This document shows, piece after piece, positions 57,580-64,000 of a DNA stretch of 64,000 nt (position 1 is its first letter; every line of letters starts with the position of its first letter). The DNA lies in NCBI GenBank assembly GCA_965217585.1, contig OZ244561.1, forward strand, positions 2,208,001 to 2,272,000, in the 5' to 3' direction. A program made the position numbers and the translations under genes. This stretch comes from Candidatus Latescibacterota bacterium (GTDB taxonomy: Bacteria > Latescibacterota > UBA2968 > UBA8231). The notes beneath the pieces were generated by a model. The model was given only the letters and a program-made list of their open reading frames with translations. It did not search any database and was not told the DNA's origin.

Positions 57580-58533
57580 TTAGACGTCCAATTGATCTAG
57601 TAGCGGAGCTGCCATACCCGCGTCCCAGCCAAATGGAGTTGGCCCCCCGTACGCCGCCAAGATATCCAGTAATCGACTGAGTGAGTGCAGAGCGAGAATC
57701 TTCCGCTGCCCCTCGTCCAACACACCGTACTCCTGCCAAAAGGGGTCCGCAAGTCTGGGGTCTCTGAGGAACACGCTAAGCACTAAATCCCGCGCATCTG
57801 TGAACGGCGGGGCCTGCGTCACATAGTCGAAGTCGAGGACAGACAGGACCTTCAGTGATGCCGGGTCTACCCTCAGGTTGTGCAACTGAAAGTCGTAGTG
57901 CACGAGCGAGAGTTGACCCGCGTTGCCCAGTGATGCGGCACGTCGATCCCATGCACACTCAACTCTCTCAAGCGTTCTCCCATTGAACCAGCCTTGTTGG
58001 CGCAACGCTTGAATACACCTACGGTGCCGATCGATTTCAGTTGCGGCCCAGGCTGAAGCGTCAGTCGGGCCGGGCGCCTCTATCCCGGAGGTGTGTAGGA
58101 TGAGCATGATCTGGGCACACGCAGCCAAGAGACGCTGCTTCTGCTCAACAGATAGGGTGCGCCATAGAACGTCCCCATCCTCGCCGTCGATGTACTCGAG
58201 CACTACGTAAGGGTAGGGGATTAAGTCGTCACCGCTACTAATACAGAGCCACCCAGGGGTCGGGACGCCCGTCTCATGATGGACGCGACTCACCGTACTC
58301 ACGTGCAGCTCCATCACTTCAGGACCTGATGGACGGACCCAAACCTTGAAGATCAACGGGCTCTTCTGGTCGAAGTCCAGACGGAATAGAGCATTCACCT
58401 CCCCACGCTTGAGGCGCACAATGCGCTTGGGACGGGGAAGACCGTGACGATCACAAACCTCTCGCGCGACATGAACAGGGACTCGGTAGCGGCGGAACGC
58501 ACCGTAGTCGAGGATGGGATCAGCAGGAGACAT
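57580..58533 (-). CDS. Aminoglycoside phosphotransferase (APH)/choline kinase-like protein
   Basis: GEVNALF, IFKVW, VLEYIDG, LVHYDFQLHNL catalytic loop, VLDFD. Confidence 0.82.
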   Translation of the reverse strand: MSPADPILDYGAFRRYRVPVHVAREVCDRHGLPRPKRIVRLKRGEVNALFRLDFDQKSPLIFKVWVRPSGPEVMELHVSTVSRVHHETGVPTPGWLCISSGDDLIPYPYVVLEYIDGEDGDVLWRTLSVEQKQRLLAACAQIMLILHTSGIEAPGPTDASAWAATEIDRHRRCIQALRQQGWFNGRTLERVECAWDRRAASLGNAGQLSLVHYDFQLHNLRVDPASLKVLSVLDFDYVTQAPPFTDARDLVLSVFLRDPRLADPFWQEYGVLDEGQRKILALHSLSRLLDILAAYGGPTPFGWDAGMAAPLLDQLDV

Positions 58534-58690
58534 CTCTACCTATGGGAGCGACACCAATGGACTGCCCGAGCTTTGTCCCGGCGTCCAGGTCCTTGGGGTA
58601 GATATAGAGCGACTCGCCCATCAGCCTATCCGGACGCCCGTTCCTCCTCCGTATTGCTGCAGCAACCAGTGATTGAAACAAATATTCCAT
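58520..58690 (-). pseudogene. 56-aa ORF, possible TPR-protein remnant at the cassette 5' end
   Basis: ATG 4 nt after the GTTACCT core; IYPKDLDAGTKLGQ resembles a TPR turn; overlaps the APH start. Confidence 0.3.
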
Positions 58691-58694
58691 TTTC

Positions 58695-58774
58695 AGGTAA
58701 CGAGTTTTCAAACCCACGAACCCGCGCAAGCGAGTTTGGCGGAGTGAAGCGAAGCCGTGGATTTGATGTTATGC
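58695..58774 (-). other. attC-like recombination site
   Basis: Minus strand GCATAAC-atcaaatccacg...cgtgggtttga-aaactc-GTTACCT, an 80-bp imperfect palindrome containing cttcgcttcac; spacers are non-canonical. Confidence 0.55.
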
Positions 58775-58838
58775 GGTGTTGGCTATCCCTTTGGCCCCAA
58801 GGGATTGAGTAACAATCATAGAGCAGGTGACTTACCCC

Positions 58839-59690
58839 TCAAATGACATTGTAGGATTCGTATTCATCCAGAATGTCCTGCCGCGAGATAAATGGCTTCC
58901 AGATCACACGTACGGGGAGTTGCCTTATTTCCCTAGGCGCGGGGTCTTCGAGCAGCCAAAAAAAATCCCATGCAGGCCCTCCGAATCCACTGGCAACTGG
59001 ATTTACCGTAAACCGAACCTTCTCGCGATCTGAGTTCTTAAAGAATACGCCAAACACCATGTGATCGACAGTCCCATAAAAGAAGGGAAGATCGAAGCGG
59101 ACGGAACTATCGTCAAAGTAATAGATATTGGGCGGATCATCCGGTCGCGCAAGCTCAGGATTTGCTACGCCTGAGGGATGGATCGTCCTGCCCGGCGTCT
59201 CCCCTTGACCATTGAAGTGAACCCACGGATTCAATCTATTAAACTCAACATTTGGGTCACTTCCGATGACATTCACCCCGGTGTAAATCGGCGTATCTAC
59301 AATGGTCGCGAAGAAAAGAGCCAGGTAATTGTGTGGCCACTGCGCACGAGCCGTCTGTGCGGTCACCACTATGTCGACGTAATGTGGCGGTGTCATCCGA
59401 TAGGAAATTGCACAGTCGACTTCACAGCAACTCATGGAAGCATATCGAAGGGTACAGCCATCACCCCGAACATCCCTCAAGGTCCGTTTACTTCCGAACG
59501 GTTCATATTCTATATAGTTCGGATCATCTATAGGCACAGCGACATAGTGCTCCAACGTTAATGCTGGACGAAGGAGCCATTCCATCGGGTGTTCTTTGTG
59601 GGTTAGGTCATCTAATCCGCACCACCCGTGAACACCTTTGCTACTCACCTTCGCGCTTATTGATCCTGCTGCGATTCGAACGTCAGACAT
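58839..59690 (-). CDS. Hypothetical protein, beta-rich, lower GC
   Basis: 283-aa ORF, aromatic/beta-strand rich, codon usage visibly more AT-rich than its neighbours. Confidence 0.65.
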   Translation of the reverse strand: MSDVRIAAGSISAKVSSKGVHGWCGLDDLTHKEHPMEWLLRPALTLEHYVAVPIDDPNYIEYEPFGSKRTLRDVRGDGCTLRYASMSCCEVDCAISYRMTPPHYVDIVVTAQTARAQWPHNYLALFFATIVDTPIYTGVNVIGSDPNVEFNRLNPWVHFNGQGETPGRTIHPSGVANPELARPDDPPNIYYFDDSSVRFDLPFFYGTVDHMVFGVFFKNSDREKVRFTVNPVASGFGGPAWDFFWLLEDPAPREIRQLPVRVIWKPFISRQDILDEYESYNVI

Positions 59691-59821
59691 TTAATTTTAG
59701 CTTTCAGTGGATGTGTCCCTTCACATCTAGATACGCGACGAGACCTCAGATTTCCGGGTACTCGTAGCGTACCTCAAGTTCTACGTCTTCCACGGTGGCG
59801 GGGAATCCCGCCCGAGCAGGG

Positions 59822-61432
59822 TCAGATCGCCGTCAACACCTCTTCGATCGCGGCGATGGCGGCTTGATCCTGCTCAAGGGCCTTCCCCAGCAGCCCTGCC
59901 GCCTCGGTGTTGGAGCCGCTTCCCCAAGAGTCGGCTTCGCGGGCGGCTCTGCACACCATGGCCAGTTCTTCTAGCGTCTCGACTTCCTGCCGGTACGAGG
60001 CCTCCGCCCGTTGAAGCAGACCGGAGGATCGAGGAAGGTCGAAGCTCAGCTCGACCATGAAGTCGGCAGCGTTCTTGCGCAGGTCTGACTGCAAGCTGGC
60101 AAAGTGCGAGGCATAGCGAAGATCTGCCGTACCCGCTGCCAAGTCCTCCAGCCAGAGCCCGTAGGCGGCGAATCCCTCGGCGTCCGTGTGGTAGCAGGCG
60201 TCCGATTTCTCGAAGCGCGTTCCCCTGGCGAACTGCACGGCCTTCTTCAGGCTGTCCACGGCGACGGCCACGGCGTCCGTCTCCACCGGTTCCCTCGGGA
60301 CGAGCACGTAGTACCACTGCACGGGATCACAGTATCCAAAGCCGTCGAAAGGCACCTCCTGATCCTCGTTGTCTCTGTAGGTGCAGCGGACGGTATAGGT
60401 CTTGTGGGATGGGTCGTACCCGACCAGCAGATTCCAATCCCAGGCGTGGTGGCCGTCATCCCTCTGCTCGAGCGTCATGGGAGCCCACGCCATGGCGGGT
60501 ACGCCTCGGTCGATGCTGGCGCAGACGCAGTCCCAGGTCTCGCTCTTGAGCTTTCTCAGAGCTTCCGCGCTGTGTGGCCGGATGCTCTTGAAGTTCTGAG
60601 TCGCCTGAAAGTGGTCGAAGCGGTAGCCGAGGCTTGGAAGCCGGTCGAAGAACAGCCACCAGTCGAGATTCCCCTCCCAATAGCACTCGCCACCCCCTCG
60701 TCGCATGCTGAAGGTGAAGGCGTGTCCCAGGATGCCCATCATGCGCGCCCAGGAGCAGTTGGAGCTGGCGGCCCGCAGGGCCGGGTGCAAGGTGCTCATG
60801 ACCGAGCTCTCGGAATGGATGGACATCACCTTGTCGATGACGCGTCTCTCGAATCGCTCGTGATCCCTGTATGCTACCATTCTCTCCATCCTTAGCTTGA
60901 GGTGTCTGCGTGCATCGTGAAGCCGCTTGTTCACCGTCGACACCGGTACCTTGAGAAAGGCTGCGATCTCTCTCTGCGAGCGATTGTCGAAGTAGAATAG
61001 GGTTACCACCTCCCGGTGGATCTGCGGTAGACTGGAGGTAGCTCTCTGCAGCTCATCGCTGAACTCCCGGGTTTCCAGATCTGCTGCGACCGAGGGTTGC
61101 GGGTCCGGCGCCAGGTCATCGGTGGCCAGGGCGACCGTCGGGACCCTTCGCCGTCGCTTCACGCGGTTGCACTGGGTGAAGACGAGACGGCGTAGCCAGC
61201 CAGGGAAGGCCCTCGGATCGCGCAGGGACTCGAAGTTCATCCAGGCGGAGACGAATGCTTCCTGAACGGCGTCTTCAGCCGCGTGGTAGTCGCCCAGGAG
61301 GCCAAAGGCGTAGGAGATCGCCGTGTCCTGATACAGGCGCACGACTCTCTCTAGGGCATCCAGGTCGCCACCTCGCGCCTGCGCCACCAGGGCTGCGTGG
61401 TCTACGTCGACGGGTTTGGCTTCACGACTCAT
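59822..61432 (-). CDS. ECF sigma-70 factor with about 350-aa soluble C-terminal extension
   Basis: Region 2 AEDAVQEAF...FPGWLRRL; region 4 LFYFDNRSQREIAAFLKVPVSTVNKRLHDAR; long non-TM tail. Confidence 0.88.
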   Translation of the reverse strand: MSREAKPVDVDHAALVAQARGGDLDALERVVRLYQDTAISYAFGLLGDYHAAEDAVQEAFVSAWMNFESLRDPRAFPGWLRRLVFTQCNRVKRRRRVPTVALATDDLAPDPQPSVAADLETREFSDELQRATSSLPQIHREVVTLFYFDNRSQREIAAFLKVPVSTVNKRLHDARRHLKLRMERMVAYRDHERFERRVIDKVMSIHSESSVMSTLHPALRAASSNCSWARMMGILGHAFTFSMRRGGGECYWEGNLDWWLFFDRLPSLGYRFDHFQATQNFKSIRPHSAEALRKLKSETWDCVCASIDRGVPAMAWAPMTLEQRDDGHHAWDWNLLVGYDPSHKTYTVRCTYRDNEDQEVPFDGFGYCDPVQWYYVLVPREPVETDAVAVAVDSLKKAVQFARGTRFEKSDACYHTDAEGFAAYGLWLEDLAAGTADLRYASHFASLQSDLRKNAADFMVELSFDLPRSSGLLQRAEASYRQEVETLEELAMVCRAAREADSWGSGSNTEAAGLLGKALEQDQAAIAAIEEVLTAI

Positions 61433-61565
61433 GGGGCTTCGGTATATAGAGCCAGGATTCGGCCCGGAGCTTACTGCCCGCGCCGATTCGGCCGGTTCTC
61501 AAGACCTGCTTGACATGAAACCGTCCGGGACGGTGATATAGCCGTCTTGGATGAGTGACTTGTAA

Positions 61566-63083
61566 TTAGGTCGCCAGCGGCGCTCCTCGGGGTATGCTAA
61601 TGGAGATCGGCGATTTTGCGTACTGGGAGCGGCAGGCGGTGAAATCGGCGTTGCGGTATTCGCCTAGGTGAATGAATCCCGAAATGCGGTCTTCCGCAGC
61701 GCGGCCGGCAAATAGGAAGGGGATGGAATCGCCCGGACGACTCACTGCACTACGCAGCTTTACCTGATCGCCTTCAATGACGCCGGCGATTTGCTGCTGA
61801 GAAAAATCGCTTATGTGGGTGCCGCCGATCCAATGCCCCTCTTGTTCGAGGAATAGCTGGTGCTGGCTGCTGCTGCTCGAATAGTTGATGGTGAGGTCCC
61901 AAGCACCGCTGACATCGGTTGCCGGAGGGGATAGCTCCGTTGATTGGGGACTGCGTTGCGCGGATAAAATGCGGTGGATTCGGTCGGCGACTACTTGGTC
62001 GTTGCCCGGCTGCATCTGATTGGGCGTGATGCCGATGGAAGTGCGGCCGTTGGCACCGCCGCTGGCCACGGCGATGCGGGGTTTGTTGCGGGCGAAATCC
62101 TCGGCGACCTCTGCGCCGGTAATGTGCAAGACGGCTGGATCCCAACTGATGGTGAGGACCGGGGCGCGGTTGGACAGGCCGGTGGGGTCTGCGACCTCGG
62201 TCGATACGCTGTCAATGCCGCGCACGCGCTGGGCGATATGGTCGAGATAGGACAGCCAAGTCTGCCATTCGGCGGCGTGGTCGCGGCGCACCCAGGCCTC
62301 CACCGCCGCCAACATCCCCATGATTTCTTCCTTGCCGATTTTATCGTCGCGGCCCGGCCCGTGGTGCGGCGCACTGAATTGCCACGCCGACTGCAGCAAG
62401 GCTTTGTCGCCCAGCACCAAGCCGGCGCACTGGGGCCCGCACAGGGCTTTGCCGCCGCTGTAGGCCACGACCGTGGCACCCCTTTGCAAGTGGACATTGG
62501 GAATGGTGAGGTTTTCGGCCGCGGAGTCGGCGAGGATGGGAATTTTGTGCGGGCGGGCCGCGTCGGCAATCACCTCTAGGGAAAGCGGCTGGCCGGTAGC
62601 AGAGCCAGCCCCCGTGGTTATGTAGATCATGGCGGTGCGGGGATTGATGGCCCGCTCAAGCTCGGCTTGGGTTTCGACCATGACAATTTCGACGCCGATA
62701 CTGCGCACGGCGTGGTCGTAGGCGTTGCGTGAGTACCGGGGGATGATGACTTGGGTTTTGTCCAAGCCGGTCAAATCCGGGATGCGGATCAGCTTTTCGG
62801 GATTGCCGCCGGTGACGCAAGCCGCAGTGATGTGCTTGAGACCGGCAGCGCAGCCCGCCGGAATCAGCCCCCAGTCGGCCCCAGTGATTTCAGCCAGTCT
62901 TTGGCCGACGGCATCGGCGAGTTCGTCGTACTGGACGAAGTAGCCCGAGGCCGCTTCCATGGCCGCCACAACTTCGGGGAGTTCGACGGAGCCGCCGATG
63001 ATGGTAAAGGTGCCACGGCAGTTGATGATGGGTTCGACGCCGATCGCTTGGTATATGTTTTGGTCGCTGGTGTCTAGTGTCAT
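61566..63083 (-). CDS. SelA-like / DgaE-like PLP-dependent enzyme with C-terminal beta domain
   Basis: GVEPIINCRGTFTIIGGS, YDHAVR, YSGGKALCGPQCAG (PLP lysine), KIGKEEIMG. ATG at 63083 after GGAGG. Confidence 0.85.
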   Translation of the reverse strand: MTLDTSDQNIYQAIGVEPIINCRGTFTIIGGSVELPEVVAAMEAASGYFVQYDELADAVGQRLAEITGADWGLIPAGCAAGLKHITAACVTGGNPEKLIRIPDLTGLDKTQVIIPRYSRNAYDHAVRSIGVEIVMVETQAELERAINPRTAMIYITTGAGSATGQPLSLEVIADAARPHKIPILADSAAENLTIPNVHLQRGATVVAYSGGKALCGPQCAGLVLGDKALLQSAWQFSAPHHGPGRDDKIGKEEIMGMLAAVEAWVRRDHAAEWQTWLSYLDHIAQRVRGIDSVSTEVADPTGLSNRAPVLTISWDPAVLHITGAEVAEDFARNKPRIAVASGGANGRTSIGITPNQMQPGNDQVVADRIHRILSAQRSPQSTELSPPATDVSGAWDLTINYSSSSSQHQLFLEQEGHWIGGTHISDFSQQQIAGVIEGDQVKLRSAVSRPGDSIPFLFAGRAAEDRISGFIHLGEYRNADFTACRSQYAKSPISISIPRGAPLAT

Positions 63084-63115
63084 GCGGGCCTCCGTTGTGG
63101 ATTGTGGATGAACGG

Positions 63116-63955
63116 TTAGGTCAGTCCCCATATACGGGCGGCCGTACCGCCTAGCATTTGGTCCTTTTCGCGCTGGCTGAGAAAGTCGAAACCCTCACGC
63201 ACTAGGCGCAACTCCTCGGCTAGGGTCGGCCAGTTGTGCTTGGTGCGGTGGTGTCCTGGATAGCCGGTGCCCCACAGCATGCGCTCGGCCCCAAAGGCGT
63301 GGTGCAGGCGCTGGATGAAGGGACGCACGTCGGCGTAGGGGAAACTTTCCCGCGAGCGGCCGTGGACATCCGAGATTTTTACTGCCACGTTGTCGAAGTT
63401 AGCTAGGTCGACGATGGGCTGAAAAGCCTCGGGCGGCTCGTCGAGGTTGGGATAGCCCATGTGGTCCAATAGCAGGGGCATCTGCGGATGGCGGCGGGCG
63501 ATTTCAGCGACTTGATCGGCAAAAGAAGCGTTGAGATGGAACTGGATGACAGCGCCCATTGCGTCTAGGACTTCCCACAGGGGACGGTTCTGGGGCGTGG
63601 TCAAGATTTTCTCGTCTGGGTAGTACATGGGATGGAAGCGGAAACCGACCAAGCCGCGTTCCTCCATCCAGTAGCGCGCCTGATCGGCGTTATCTGGGTT
63701 TTGCGGGTCGAGCATGCCGTGGCCGATGAAGCGGTCGGGGAAGCGGGCCTGCGAATCGGCGATATAGCCGTTGTCCCAGGTGGACCAGCTAGTCTGCACC
63801 AAGACGCTGCGGTCAACGCCGTTTTGGTCCATGTCCTCGATTAGCTCGTCGGCGGTGGCGGGTTCGTCTGGCTTGGAGGTCCAGTTGGGGGCGGTGGGTC
63901 CGATGGGATATTTCTCGGACATTTCCCAGATGTGTACGTGGGTGTCGACGATCAT
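63116..63955 (-). CDS. Amidohydrolase_2 family metal-dependent hydrolase
   Basis: IVDTHVHIW, LLLDHMG, NVAVKIS, FGAERMLWGTGYP. Confidence 0.9.
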   Translation of the reverse strand: MIVDTHVHIWEMSEKYPIGPTAPNWTSKPDEPATADELIEDMDQNGVDRSVLVQTSWSTWDNGYIADSQARFPDRFIGHGMLDPQNPDNADQARYWMEERGLVGFRFHPMYYPDEKILTTPQNRPLWEVLDAMGAVIQFHLNASFADQVAEIARRHPQMPLLLDHMGYPNLDEPPEAFQPIVDLANFDNVAVKISDVHGRSRESFPYADVRPFIQRLHHAFGAERMLWGTGYPGHHRTKHNWPTLAEELRLVREGFDFLSQREKDQMLGGTAARIWGLT

Positions 63956-64000
63956 GGACGATTCCTTTCAGGTTGGTCGAAGTTCGTGCGGGCGGATTGG

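Noticed and set aside
57580-58533. Bona fide aminoglycoside resistance gene
   Set aside because: Only generic APH/choline-kinase fold motifs are visible; substrate cannot be inferred.
61566-63083. True selenocysteine synthase selA
   Set aside because: Motifs and context fit the SelA-related/DgaE-like group; no selB or selC is adjacent.
1-64000. CRISPR array, tRNA, rRNA, transposase or integrase genes
   Set aside because: No regularly spaced repeats, cloverleaf or rRNA-like sequence, or DDE/tyrosine-recombinase motifs were seen.

Overview
Gene-dense bacterial window with moderately high GC. The gene content (FlgD/T9SS-like C-terminal-domain proteins, a SWGxIK-tailed secreted protein, many phytanoyl-CoA dioxygenases, TPR and ASPIC/UnbV proteins) suggests an FCB-group candidate phylum such as Latescibacterota; this placement is inference. 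From 6.6 to 34.8 kb is a large cell-surface locus. It holds four paralogous secreted proteins with a shared core and an F[TS]PNGDGxN...VxY tail (two are a roughly 94% identical tandem duplicate), an orphan acidic outer-membrane barrel candidate, two GT-C/TPR glycosyltransferases, a SurA/PrsA-like foldase, a fused membrane/spermidine-synthase-TPR protein, and TPR/ASPIC lipoproteins. It also holds a selenoprotein hidden as two ORFs (in-frame UGA in a UxxC thioredoxin motif, SECIS-like hairpin, NYPNPFN-type sorting domain). The rest is accessory: a sigma-54 two-component pair, a BCCT/DUF1538/P-II/CBS module, internally deleted DctP and TonB-receptor pseudogenes, catabolic enzymes (five PhyH dioxygenases, amidase, amidohydrolases, OSBS/NAAAR, SelA-like PLP enzyme), two type II toxin-antitoxin loci, a 96-bp MITE-like insertion with a paralogous empty site, degenerate attC-like sites around an APH-family gene, and an ECF sigma factor with a large C-terminal extension. 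No rRNA, tRNA, CRISPR array, integrase or transposase was seen. All family assignments come from motif recognition by eye, not database searches.
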